Shown: in pieces, positions 27,726 through 37,045 of the stretch | How the letters are laid out: each line of letters begins with the position of its first letter | Position numbering within the stretch: the stretch's first letter is position 1 | Assembly: GCA_035516175.1 (NCBI GenBank) | Contig: DATJAO010000038.1 | Location: 28,427-92,426 of the forward strand | DNA from: Nitrospirota bacterium | Lineage (GTDB): Bacteria; Nitrospirota; UBA9217 | Direction: 5' to 3' | Length of the DNA stretch: 64,000 nt | Translations under genes and position numbers: made by a program | Notes under the pieces: model-generated | Seen by the model: only the letters and a program-made list of their open reading frames with translations | What the model was told of the DNA's origin: nothing | The model's database searches: none

Positions 27726-28796
27726 ATGAAAAAAATCCGGGTAATGGTTGTCGATGATTCTGCGCTCATGCGCAAACTCATCAGTGAAATACTAATGAAG
27801 GATCCTGAGCTCGAAGTGGTGAATACCGCCATGGATGGCATGTTTGCCCTTAAAAAAATACCGCTGTCAAGACCAGATGTCATAACGCTCGATCTGGACA
27901 TGCCGCGGATGGACGGCCTCACTGCGCTACGTTATATCGTGAACGATTATCAGATTCCTGTTGTCCTTGTCAGCTCACTCGCAACCGATGGCGGAAATCT
28001 CACATTCGAAGGTCTTGCGCTTGGTGCTGTAGACTTCGTCACAAAACCGAAGGACGCAATTTCGGTCCATATTCACGAGGTCGCGCGTGAGCTGGTTCTG
28101 AAAGTAAAACTTGCCAGCCGAACGACAGTAAAGAAACGATCGCGTTTAGAGGCAGCGGAACCTGTGCAGCAGCAGATATGCCAGAGCAAAAAAACATCGC
28201 TGAGGGGACCGCTGAAAAAAATAATAGCCATCGGTATTTCTACCGGGGGGCCAAATGCGATAAGCTATTTACTTCCTCAGCTACCGGAGGACATTGCCGC
28301 CGCCATCCTTATTGTTCAGCATATGCCCGAAGGATTCACCGAAATGTTCGCCACCCGGCTGGATCAGGTCTGCAAGATCCGGGTAAAAGAAGCGAAGGAA
28401 GGAGACCCGTTGGTATCAGGGACTGCTTTCATCGCTCCGGGCAATAAACACCTTAAGGTTGCCAAGATCGGCATGACTGGCGTCGCCGTAATTTCTGCAG
28501 GTCCTCCGATGAACGGGCATCGCCCGTCAGTCGACGTCCTCTTTGACTCGGTCTCACAGGAATATGGCTCCGCTACCATCGGGCTCCTCATGACGGGCAT
28601 GGGTGAAGACGGTGCGCGCGGACTCGGCTCGATTAAGGCCTCGGGAGGTTATACGATGGCACAGGATGAAGCCAGTTGCGTCGTCTTTGGAATGCCGAAG
28701 GCAGCTCTAGATAGGGGACACGTGCATGAAGTCGTTTCTCTCGATGCCATACCAAAAAGGCTGACAGCTCTTCTTAAAGAGGTGAACCTAATATGA
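27726..28796 (+). CDS. cheB: Chemotaxis response regulator protein-glutamate methylesterase CheB
   Basis: REC (IRVMVVDDSALMR...DLDMPRMDG) plus methylesterase domain (AIGISTGGP...LIVQHMPEGFT...MAQDEASCVVFGMP). Confidence 0.9.
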   Translation: MKKIRVMVVDDSALMRKLISEILMKDPELEVVNTAMDGMFALKKIPLSRPDVITLDLDMPRMDGLTALRYIVNDYQIPVVLVSSLATDGGNLTFEGLALGAVDFVTKPKDAISVHIHEVARELVLKVKLASRTTVKKRSRLEAAEPVQQQICQSKKTSLRGPLKKIIAIGISTGGPNAISYLLPQLPEDIAAAILIVQHMPEGFTEMFATRLDQVCKIRVKEAKEGDPLVSGTAFIAPGNKHLKVAKIGMTGVAVISAGPPMNGHRPSVDVLFDSVSQEYGSATIGLLMTGMGEDGARGLGSIKASGGYTMAQDEASCVVFGMPKAALDRGHVHEVVSLDAIPKRLTALLKEVNLI

Positions 28797-29176
28797 AGAC
28801 CGGCCAGAACATACCCTTTAAATTTCTTGTAGCGGACGACTCCGAATTTGCAAGAAAATCGCTCATCATGGCGCTCTCCAGAATCGGGGGCAACCTTGCA
28901 GGTGAGGCCTTTTCCGGTCAAGATGCGGTGCAGAAATATCGGTGCTTGAAACCCGATATTGTGTTCATGGACATCACCATGCCGGGAATGGAAGGCATTG
29001 ATGCCTTGGAGAGGATCCTCCAGGACGACAGCTCTGCAAAGGTCGTCATCGTTTCGTCGCTCAGTCACCGGGAGATTGTGAAGAACGCATTGAAGAAGGG
29101 CGCCAAGCATTACATTACCAAACCGATACAGATCGCGCCTCTGGCCGATATTATACAGTTCGTGCTTTCTCGATAA
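28793..29176 (+). CDS. CheY-like response regulator (second copy)
   Basis: REC domain FLVADDSEFARKSL...DIVFMDITMPGMEG...KHYITKP. 4-nt overlap with cheB. Confidence 0.8.
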   Translation: MKTGQNIPFKFLVADDSEFARKSLIMALSRIGGNLAGEAFSGQDAVQKYRCLKPDIVFMDITMPGMEGIDALERILQDDSSAKVVIVSSLSHREIVKNALKKGAKHYITKPIQIAPLADIIQFVLSR

Positions 29177-29196
29177 TAACGATACGGTACTTACTC

Positions 29197-29667
29197 ATGC
29201 GCCTTGATCATATAAACCCAATCGTCGATTCCGCAATAACGGTTCTTGCCGAGTTTACCGGATCCCCGGTGAATCGAGGGGACATGAAGCTGCGACGTCG
29301 ACCGTCGACGAGCAGGGATGTCGCCACGATCATCCGTCTTAAGGGGAACGTAGACGGCCGCATCATCATCGAGATGGACGGCAGCACGGCGCTTGCCATG
29401 GCCGGGCTTATGAACAATGACCTGTTCAGGGAACTCGACCGCCTCGCACTGGACACTCTGATGGAGCTCGCAAACATCATCGTTGCGAGGGCTGTCTCAA
29501 GCCTGAATGAACTTGAATTTGCGCTCCGTCTGGCCCCGCCGCTCATATTTACCGGGACCAACGTTTCATGTTTCAGCAGCCTGGACACCGAGACGCTCGT
29601 TGTGCCACTTCACACAAATGTCGGTGATATGAACTTGTCCCTTGCATTGAGAATGAAGACTTTGTAA
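29197..29667 (+). CDS. cheX: CheX/CheC-family CheY-P phosphatase
   Basis: 156 aa. CheX-like pattern (INPIVDSAITVLAEFTG...GNVDGRIIIEMDGSTALAMAGLMNN...LMELANIIVARAV). Confidence 0.65.
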   Translation: MRLDHINPIVDSAITVLAEFTGSPVNRGDMKLRRRPSTSRDVATIIRLKGNVDGRIIIEMDGSTALAMAGLMNNDLFRELDRLALDTLMELANIIVARAVSSLNELEFALRLAPPLIFTGTNVSCFSSLDTETLVVPLHTNVGDMNLSLALRMKTL

Positions 29668-29723
29668 CAGCATTTCGAATGATTGATTTGACAGCCAAGC
29701 TATTTTGTAGCTGAATTTAACTT

Positions 29724-30254
29724 ATGAATTGCGAATCCACAGAATTTAATCTTCAGGATGTCCTGCTTCTTATCGGTCTTAAGGAATGCACCGGTGAACT
29801 GACGCTGGAGTCAGGTAATAACATCGGACATATGCTATTTTACCGGGGGAAAATTCTCCGATCACTGTCACCGTATTCACGTGCTATCGGCGATCTGCTT
29901 GTTGAGGAGGGCCTCATTACCGAGACGGAGCTCATAGAAATACTGAAACTGCAGAAGAAGAATTCCATATCACCAATCGGTTCGCTTCTCCTCAATACCG
30001 GCAAGGTCAGCTTCGAGGTTCTTGAGGCAAGGGTTCACGAACAGATCAGACAGTCGGTGAAGGAGTTTAAAAAGTGGGAGAACATCAGCCTCAGCTTCCG
30101 CGAAAAAGACATCAAGCCGGCAGATGGGATCCACCTTATGATCCATGAATTCTTGACAGCAGAAACCCTTCAGAACGCGTTTTATTTTCTCTCGGTAGGA
30201 TGCACTCAGCAGGATCGGTCTGCTGCCTCGGCTCCGTCGACAAGCAAGTCCTGA
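29724..30254 (+). CDS. DUF4388-domain protein (chemosensory-associated; function unknown)
   Basis: N-terminal LQDVLLLIGLKECTGELTLESGNNIGHMLFYRGKIL matches the DUF4388 signature (LxDVLQ...GxLxL...GxIxFxxGxI). Last gene of the che operon. Confidence 0.5.
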   Translation: MNCESTEFNLQDVLLLIGLKECTGELTLESGNNIGHMLFYRGKILRSLSPYSRAIGDLLVEEGLITETELIEILKLQKKNSISPIGSLLLNTGKVSFEVLEARVHEQIRQSVKEFKKWENISLSFREKDIKPADGIHLMIHEFLTAETLQNAFYFLSVGCTQQDRSAASAPSTSKS

Positions 30255-30262
30255 CGTATTAT

Positions 30263-30814
30263 CTATCGACCCTTGCAGCAGAGAGTTGCCCGCAGCATCT
30301 CTCGCGCTTTGTTGAAAAGATCCAGGGATTCCTTTTTCCGGAAATCCGGATAAGTGTGTTCGAACGACAAGAACGATTTTTCTCTGGTCGAATAATGAAG
30401 TGTTACTTCGGCATAAATACCCTGGCCCTGGTAAACGCGATGAGAAAAATCCTTGGTCGATGCGAGGACGACCTTCGCCTCGGTGACATATCCGGGATCA
30501 AGGTTGATCCTGCGGCGCACAGCCTTGCCGCTTGTGAGCGAGAACCGCGCTTCAATGCTATTCGTAAGATGTTTCACGCTTGGGAGCATGCCGGGATCGA
30601 TCAATCGCTTGAAGAAAATGAACTTACGGAGGATGCCGGAACCCATCTCTTCGCGATAATAATCTGTGAAATCCCACCGTACAATTTCACTCTGATAATC
30701 GATTGGGCCGTGTTCTGCGCAGAGAAGTTGGGTGCAGGTATCGAAAAGTCCGACGTCGGGTGAAAGCATGCCTACGAACAGCTTGACGGGTATAGGGCTT
30801 TTTGGGTTTCCCAT
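30263..30814 (-). CDS. Conserved hypothetical protein (DUF4416-like), convergent to the che operon
   Basis: 183 aa ORF with good coding periodicity and no recognisable catalytic motif. The family assignment comes from memory of the GNPKSP...PVKLFVGML N-terminus. Confidence 0.4.
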   Translation of the reverse strand: MGNPKSPIPVKLFVGMLSPDVGLFDTCTQLLCAEHGPIDYQSEIVRWDFTDYYREEMGSGILRKFIFFKRLIDPGMLPSVKHLTNSIEARFSLTSGKAVRRRINLDPGYVTEAKVVLASTKDFSHRVYQGQGIYAEVTLHYSTREKSFLSFEHTYPDFRKKESLDLFNKAREMLRATLCCKGR

Positions 30815-30987
30815 ATCTCGATAGGAGCGAGATACTACTCTGTAAGATGATTGAAGCTCCCTTAATTTTTAAAATTATATCATAAAAACTGTGATGTTCG
30901 ACACCACTACCGCATCCGCGGCCGTATCACGGGATAGCCTCCAATTATGACTTGACAAGGTCGTATGGTTTGCTTATAGTTGTATAT

Positions 30988-31395
30988 ATGCAAATTACAC
31001 GTGAAGGGGATTACGGGATACGGAGTGTTCTGTATCTTGCCCGCCAGCCGTTCAAAAAAATCAGCTACGTAAACGAAATTTCTGAAGATTATAAGATCCC
31101 GCGCAGTTTTCTTGCCAAGATACTCCAAAAACTTGTCAAGGCAAAGATTGTACGGTCTTATAGGGGTGTGAAAGGCGGTTTTTCGCTCGCTAGGCAGGCC
31201 CGAGACATTTCCATGCTCGATGTCGTCGAGGCAATTGAGGGGAAACTTCAGCTAAACATCTGCATCGCCGACAAAAAGAAATGTTTATTTTCTAAACACT
31301 GCCCCAGCCACTCTGTATGGATAATGGCCCAGTCAAAAGTTATAGAAGTTCTGAAAAAAGCGAATTTCGAAGATCTTGCCAGGCAAAAGGTTTAA
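30988..31395 (+). CDS. Rrf2-family transcriptional regulator
   Basis: MQITREGDYGIRSVLYLA...ISEDYKIPRSFLAKILQKLVKAKIVRSYRGVKGGFSLAR is the Rrf2 wHTH. A C-terminal Cys cluster (CIADKKKC...CPSHS) suggests Fe-S ligation like IscR/NsrR. Confidence 0.8.
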   Translation: MQITREGDYGIRSVLYLARQPFKKISYVNEISEDYKIPRSFLAKILQKLVKAKIVRSYRGVKGGFSLARQARDISMLDVVEAIEGKLQLNICIADKKKCLFSKHCPSHSVWIMAQSKVIEVLKKANFEDLARQKV

Positions 31396-31942
31396 TAATC
31401 AGTATTTTAAATTTAACACATGGGGGACAACCGCATGGCTCCGGGGAATACCCATACAAGGACGCACTAAAAGGGTTCGCGATTTTCTCTTTTTCGGGGA
31501 GCTGAATATCGGCATTCAGATATCAATCCAGCTTGTTCATCCGCAGCCAAACTTCACGTCATGACATACCTACGGGAGCCAGAGGCCACTCCACTTGAAC
31601 TGCAGCTTTGCCTGACTAACAAACATGCTATAGAACTCTTTTCCCCTGCGAGAATGTCTGCTCCGTAACATGGTTCTTCCCGCTTGCGTCCTCTACCGCC
31701 TGACCATTGCTTAAGAGAATTCCAGTCTCTCTAATCGTCCCGCTGATCCGTTCGGGAGTAAATCCTTTTTTCCTATATAGGTGATTGCTCTCTTTTCTTC
31801 TTTATGCTACCATAAGCCTGTCGCTCCGGGCGGCACGGTCTGTAGGTGCCAGGCCAACCCTGATGCGCAAACACTGATATCGCTTCGTAATAATATTTCT
31901 TAAAATGAGCATTCCGACGACGTATTCTCCGATTAGGAAGTT

Positions 31943-32605
31943 ATGGAATATAGAGTAATTGCTTTGATGGTGCTGATTGTAACCGTGTCATGTTCTTCCG
32001 TCTGCCATGCCTGGAACGATAGGTGTTATCAGTATGCGGAACAAAAAAAATATGATGACGCTATCAAGGAATGTACGAAGCAGATTAATGCGAATGCGGG
32101 TGTAATAAGCAATGTCGAGTACTCTTACATGAACCGTGGGATTGCGTATGAGGCTAAGGGCCTACTCGACCAGGCCATCGCCGATTACAGTAAGGCCATT
32201 GAAATAAAGCCTCGATATGACGGGGCTTACGTTAACCGTGGGAATGCCTATAAGGCTAAGGGCCTGCTTGTCCGGGCCATCGCGGATTACAACAAGGCTA
32301 TTGAATTAAATATAAAAAATGACAAGGCGTACTATAACCGTGGGAGTGCTTATAAGGCTAAGGGTCTGTTTGAACAGGCCATAGATGATTTCAACAAAAC
32401 GATAGAGCTAAATCCAAATAAAAATTTTACATACTATAATATTGCTTGTCTGTACTCACTTAGAAAAAAAGCGGAAGAATCCTGTTTATGGCTGCAAAAA
32501 GCCATCCATGCCGGATTTAACGATTGGAAACTTATGAAGAATGACGCAGACCTTTCTAATATTCGTGATACTGCATGCTATAGGGAAATTATTGACGGGA
32601 AATGA
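31943..32605 (+). CDS. Secreted TPR-repeat protein
   Basis: Signal peptide. Four near-identical TPR units (NRGxAYxAKGLxxxAIxDYxKAIEL). C-terminal ankyrin/SEL1-like tail. Confidence 0.7.
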   Translation: MEYRVIALMVLIVTVSCSSVCHAWNDRCYQYAEQKKYDDAIKECTKQINANAGVISNVEYSYMNRGIAYEAKGLLDQAIADYSKAIEIKPRYDGAYVNRGNAYKAKGLLVRAIADYNKAIELNIKNDKAYYNRGSAYKAKGLFEQAIDDFNKTIELNPNKNFTYYNIACLYSLRKKAEESCLWLQKAIHAGFNDWKLMKNDADLSNIRDTACYREIIDGK

Positions 32606-32750
32606 CTTTTACGCCCCATTTCTAAGAACGAGTACCGTGGGAAAGGATCTCAATGTGAAGAGCTGCGTCAAAAAGAAACGAATGAACGTGAATTCGTGAA
32701 TGCTGGATAAAACACACACTAAACATACGGGAGAACAACAGGACCGAATC

Positions 32751-33569
32751 ATGCTGAGACTGGGTCATATCATATATTCAAATTGCTTCCCTCCTCATGC
32801 CGGGATCGTCACAGGAGAGATTAAATTCCCATTCAAAATCGTGGAGGGCATTCCTACGGAATTAAACCGCCTTCTTTACGAGGGCAAGATTGACGTCTCA
32901 CCGTCATCGTCAATAGAGTACGCTGTTAAAGCGGGGCGGTACATACTCCTGCCGAACCTGTCCATAACATCAAGAAAGTTGGTCATGAGCATTATTCTCC
33001 AGAGCCGCGTACCGATCGCGGAGCTCGACAAGAAGTCCGTGGCCCTGACCACGGCTTCAGCAACGTCAGTCGTGCTGCTCCGGATCCTGCTTGAGCTTCA
33101 ACAAGATGTCCGTCCCCGCTTCACAACGTTTAAACAGGGCATGGAAGACCCGTTCAGAAAAGCGGATGCAGCGCTTTTCATAGGTGACCTTGCGATCAAG
33201 CTCAAGCCTTCCCCCTCTCATCCCTATCTGTACGATCTTGGAGCGCTCTGGCATGAATTCACCGGCCTGCCCTTCGTGTTCGCCCTCTGGCAGGTGAACT
33301 ATAAAAAAGATATTGATAAGGACCTCGCCGTGCTTTATGATATACTTATGCAGTCAAAATCGTACGGTCTAGAGAACATCCCGGTGCTGGCCCGAACGCA
33401 CGCGGAACAGTTCGGCATACGGCCGCAGGTCCTCATCGATTACTGGACATCGTTCAGCTACAACTTCGGCGAAGAGGAAAAAAAGGGACTCCTGACCTTC
33501 TATAGATACGCCGCCGAAATCGGAACAATCAAACCGGTGACGGACCTTAAGATCTGGAGCAACGGGTAG
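32751..33569 (+). CDS. mqnA: MqnA/MqnD-family protein (futalosine-pathway menaquinone biosynthesis; chorismate dehydratase-like)
   Basis: LRLGHIIYSNCFPPHAG...IVEGIPTELNRLLYEGKIDVSPSSSIEYA matches the PF02621 (VitK2_biosynth) N-terminal pattern (xRxGxIxYxNxxP...PxxLNxxLxxGxLDxxxxSSIxY). No other mqn genes are in the window. Confidence 0.65.
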   Translation: MLRLGHIIYSNCFPPHAGIVTGEIKFPFKIVEGIPTELNRLLYEGKIDVSPSSSIEYAVKAGRYILLPNLSITSRKLVMSIILQSRVPIAELDKKSVALTTASATSVVLLRILLELQQDVRPRFTTFKQGMEDPFRKADAALFIGDLAIKLKPSPSHPYLYDLGALWHEFTGLPFVFALWQVNYKKDIDKDLAVLYDILMQSKSYGLENIPVLARTHAEQFGIRPQVLIDYWTSFSYNFGEEEKKGLLTFYRYAAEIGTIKPVTDLKIWSNG

Positions 33570-33592
33570 CATACACGGGGATTTCAGCGAAT

Positions 33593-34585
33593 ATGACTTC
33601 TCAACGGAGACATGATGACCATCACAATCATGGTCATGCCGATGATCATGAACACGGTCATGAGCATGCAAACGGCCTGAGGCAACAGTCGAGGGGAGGG
33701 AAGAGAGACCTCCTGATTGCGCTCTCGATAACGCTCCTGATGATGATTGTCGAGGCGATCGGCGGACTGCTCTCGAATAGCCTTGCGCTCATTTCTGACG
33801 CGGGGCATATGCTGACTGACAATCTCGCTCTCCTGCTCTCGTTCTTTGCCATGAAGTTCGCCACATTGCCGGCAACCGAGAAAAGGACATTCGGCTTTTA
33901 CCGGCTCGAGATTCTGGCGGCACTCATCAACGGTATCATTCTTGTCGTCATTTCTCTGTATATCATTTATCAGTCATATCTCCGGATGATACATCCACAG
34001 CGCGTCGAGGGGATGCTGATGCTTATTGTGGCCGTTATTGGCCTCGTCGCGAACATCAGTGGTGCCGTCGTTCTCATGAAGCACAGCCATTCCAATCTCA
34101 ATATCCGCGGCGCCTATCTCCATATCGTTGGAGATGCTTTTTCCTCCATAGGGGTGGTCGTTGGCGGCATCATCATCCTGTACACGGGCTGGTACTTGAT
34201 TGACCCGATCCTCAGCATACTGATTTCGTTCGTGATCATCTACGGCGCGTGGGCGCTCGTCAAGGAATCGGTAAGTATCCTTCTTGAATCCGTGCCCTCC
34301 CATATCGATATCGAGACCGTGGCAACAGCGATCAGCCAGATCAGAGGCGTGCGCGAAGCTTACCACATCCATGTTTGGACGATCACGTCCGGTGTTCATG
34401 CCATGAGCGCCCATGTCCTCATAGACGATCAACTCGTCAGCCGGAGCAGGGACCTGATAAACGATATCAAATCACTCCTTGCCGAAAAGTTCAAGATACT
34501 GCACAGTACAATTCAGCTCGAATGCGAGCGGTGCGATATGAATCCCATATGCAGCCTTCCGAACAATGTTCAAATGAAGCGATGA
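33593..34585 (+). CDS. czcD: Cation diffusion facilitator (CDF) family divalent-metal exporter with His-rich N-terminus
   Basis: N-terminal HDDHHNHGHADDHEHGHEH. Six TM helices. CDF signature (SDAGHMLTD). C-terminal cytoplasmic domain. Confidence 0.85.
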   Translation: MTSQRRHDDHHNHGHADDHEHGHEHANGLRQQSRGGKRDLLIALSITLLMMIVEAIGGLLSNSLALISDAGHMLTDNLALLLSFFAMKFATLPATEKRTFGFYRLEILAALINGIILVVISLYIIYQSYLRMIHPQRVEGMLMLIVAVIGLVANISGAVVLMKHSHSNLNIRGAYLHIVGDAFSSIGVVVGGIIILYTGWYLIDPILSILISFVIIYGAWALVKESVSILLESVPSHIDIETVATAISQIRGVREAYHIHVWTITSGVHAMSAHVLIDDQLVSRSRDLINDIKSLLAEKFKILHSTIQLECERCDMNPICSLPNNVQMKR

Positions 34586-34682
34586 TCTATGGTCCACGAC
34601 CATACATTACGCATGTCCCTTGACATTCCAGCGTAATTTGATTAAACTACCACAAAATTTTGTTACTTCACCTGCGGAGGCG

Positions 34683-35681
34683 ATGGGGCGGTCACTCCAA
34701 AAAAGGGTTCTGGTCACCGGCGGCACGGGTTTCGTGGGGAGTCACCTGGTGGAAAGTCTTTTCCAGAGAGGCTATACCATTACCTGCCTTGTCAGAGACC
34801 CTGACAGGCTCCGGTGGCTCACGGGAGTGGATGTCCATCTGGTAAAAGGCGACTGCTCTCTTCCCGAATCGCTGATCCCCGCAGTGCAAAACGTTTCCGT
34901 CGTTATCCACGCCGCGGGACTCACGAAGGCCAAACGAGCCCGCGATTACTATCAAGTGAATCACATCGGGACCAGGAACATCCTTGAAGCATGTGTTCGA
35001 CATAATCCCGGTATTGAAAAGTTCATCCTGATATCCAGCCTTGCGGCTGCGGGCCCGAGCACAGATGGCAGGCCAGTCACGGATGCCGATGCACCACGGC
35101 CGGTATCGGATTATGGCAAGAGCAAGCTCTTCGGAGAGAACGAGGCGCTTGGGAACAAGGATAGAATTCCCGTTGTCATACTACGGCCATCAGCCGTGTA
35201 CGGACCCCGGGACCGTGACATGTTTGAGCTCTTCCGCTGGGCCGTGCGGGGGCTGACCGTGGAGATCGCAGGGGGCGACAGGTATATCAGTCCGTGTTAT
35301 GTGCAAGACCTTGTAACGGCAATAATTCTCGCCGTCGAAAAAAAGACCGTGAGCGGGAGCATATATTTCGTTGCTGAGAACAAAGCATACTCCTGGTCCG
35401 AGTTTAGGCAGGTGCTGCTCACGACAGGAGGTATAAAGGCCCGGAACATAAAAATTCCTTATCCCGTGGCGTACCTCATCGGGCTTTTTTCAGAATTAGG
35501 CAGCCTGTTCACGTCCCGACCAACCGTGACGAGCAGGCAAAAAATAGATGAGGCTGTTCAGAGGTATTGGACATGTGACCTCGGGAAAATCGAAAAAGAA
35601 CTCGGTTTCAGACCTGAATTTTCTCTTCAGAAGGGCCTGGAAGTAACCTGGCAATGGTACCGGAACAACGGTTGGTTGTAA
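34683..35681 (+). CDS. NAD(P)-dependent epimerase/dehydratase-family reductase (candidate 3-ketosphinganine reductase, CerR-like)
   Basis: Rossmann motif VLVTGGTGFVGSHL. Extended-SDR catalytic YxxxK (YGKSK). Immediately upstream of an Spt-like gene. Confidence 0.6.
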   Translation: MGRSLQKRVLVTGGTGFVGSHLVESLFQRGYTITCLVRDPDRLRWLTGVDVHLVKGDCSLPESLIPAVQNVSVVIHAAGLTKAKRARDYYQVNHIGTRNILEACVRHNPGIEKFILISSLAAAGPSTDGRPVTDADAPRPVSDYGKSKLFGENEALGNKDRIPVVILRPSAVYGPRDRDMFELFRWAVRGLTVEIAGGDRYISPCYVQDLVTAIILAVEKKTVSGSIYFVAENKAYSWSEFRQVLLTTGGIKARNIKIPYPVAYLIGLFSELGSLFTSRPTVTSRQKIDEAVQRYWTCDLGKIEKELGFRPEFSLQKGLEVTWQWYRNNGWL

Positions 35682-35720
35682 TTATGCAAAGCTGTAAACA
35701 TTTGAACGCTGGAGGCAAAC

Positions 35721-36899
35721 TTGGATCTTTTTGAGAAATGCAGAAAGTATACGGCCGCAAAAGAAGTGATGGCTGCTGGATTTTATCCTTACTTCCGTGT
35801 TGTGGAATCCGAACAGAACCCAGAAGTGATCGTGCAGGGCAAAAAAATGATCATGCTCGGATCGAACAACTATCTCGGTTTGACCAGCCACCCAAAGGTC
35901 AAAGAGGCCGCAATCGAAGCCATCAAGAAGTACGGCAGCGGCTGCGCGGGTTCCCGGTTTCTTAATGGCACGCTCGACATTCACGTGAAGCTCGAGGATA
36001 AACTGGCAAAATTCTTCAGGAAGGATGCCGCCCTTACGTTTTCTACAGGATATCAGACAAACCTCGGCATCATCTCGTCCATCGCAGGTAAGGACGACAT
36101 GGTGGTGATCGATAAGCTGGACCACGCCAGCATTATCGACGCCTGCAGGCTGTCGTTTGCGGAGGTCAAGAAGTTCAAACACAACGACATGGGCAGCCTT
36201 GAGTTCGTCCTCAAGGGGTGCGGGGATAGGTGCAAGCTCGTCGTTGTTGACGGCGTATACAGCATGGAAGGGGACATTGCTCAGCTTCCGAGCATTGTGA
36301 AGCTTTGCAAAAAGTACGGAGCCAGGCTCATGGTGGATGACGCGCACGGTGTTGGCGTACTAGGTAAGACAGGACGCGGCACGGCAGAGCACTTCGGACT
36401 TGAGAAAGAAGTGGACATCATTATGGGAACCTACAGCAAGTCCATGGCGTCCATCGGCGGATTCGTGACCGCGAACGAGGACGTAATCCATTATATCAAG
36501 CATACCTCCCGGCCGCTCATCTTTTCGGCGAGTCCGCCGCCAGCCTCAGTGGCGTCTGTCATAGCCGCCCTCGACGTCATAGACCAGGAACCGGAGCGCA
36601 GGGAGCGGCTCTGGCACAACACCGATAAGATGATGAAGGCCTTCAAACAGATGGGCTTCGATACTGGTACCACCGAGACACCCATTATCCCGCTGCTCAT
36701 GGGTGAGATGGAACGGGCATTCACGATGTGGAAGATCCTGAGCGATGAGGGCGTGTTCGTAAACCCGGTTGCCCCCCCGGCAACACCGCCCGGACGCTGC
36801 CTCATCCGGACGAGCTACATGGCGACCCATACCGATGAAATGCTCGACAGAGTACTGGTGATTCTTGAGAAAGCGGGAAAGAAGCTGGGGATCATTTAG
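35721..36899 (+). CDS. Alpha-oxoamine synthase family PLP enzyme (candidate serine palmitoyltransferase, Spt-like)
   Basis: PLP-lysine motif [14 protein letters not shown] follows the SPT pattern (GTFSKSxxxxGGF) rather than BioF (GTLSKA) or KBL (GTLGKA). 392 aa. TGGAGG RBS before a TTG start. Confidence 0.65.
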   Translation: MDLFEKCRKYTAAKEVMAAGFYPYFRVVESEQNPEVIVQGKKMIMLGSNNYLGLTSHPKVKEAAIEAIKKYGSGCAGSRFLNGTLDIHVKLEDKLAKFFRKDAALTFSTGYQTNLGIISSIAGKDDMVVIDKLDHASIIDACRLSFAEVKKFKHNDMGSLEFVLKGCGDRCKLVVVDGVYSMEGDIAQLPSIVKLCKKYGARLMVDDAHGVGVLGKTGRGTAEHFGLEKEVDIIMGTYSKSMASIGGFVTANEDVIHYIKHTSRPLIFSASPPPASVASVIAALDVIDQEPERRERLWHNTDKMMKAFKQMGFDTGTTETPIIPLLMGEMERAFTMWKILSDEGVFVNPVAPPATPPGRCLIRTSYMATHTDEMLDRVLVILEKAGKKLGII

Positions 36900-37045
36900 A
36901 GCAATAGCATGTCTCATGAGCAGCACATCATTCTTGGACGCACGAAGGTCACGGGAAAATAGGTGTGGGGTTTTATTCAGTGCTCTCTGTGTCTTTGTGA
37001 TTGTCCAGATTCCTTTCAGTCGGCCCGTATTTGATAAAGGTCTCC

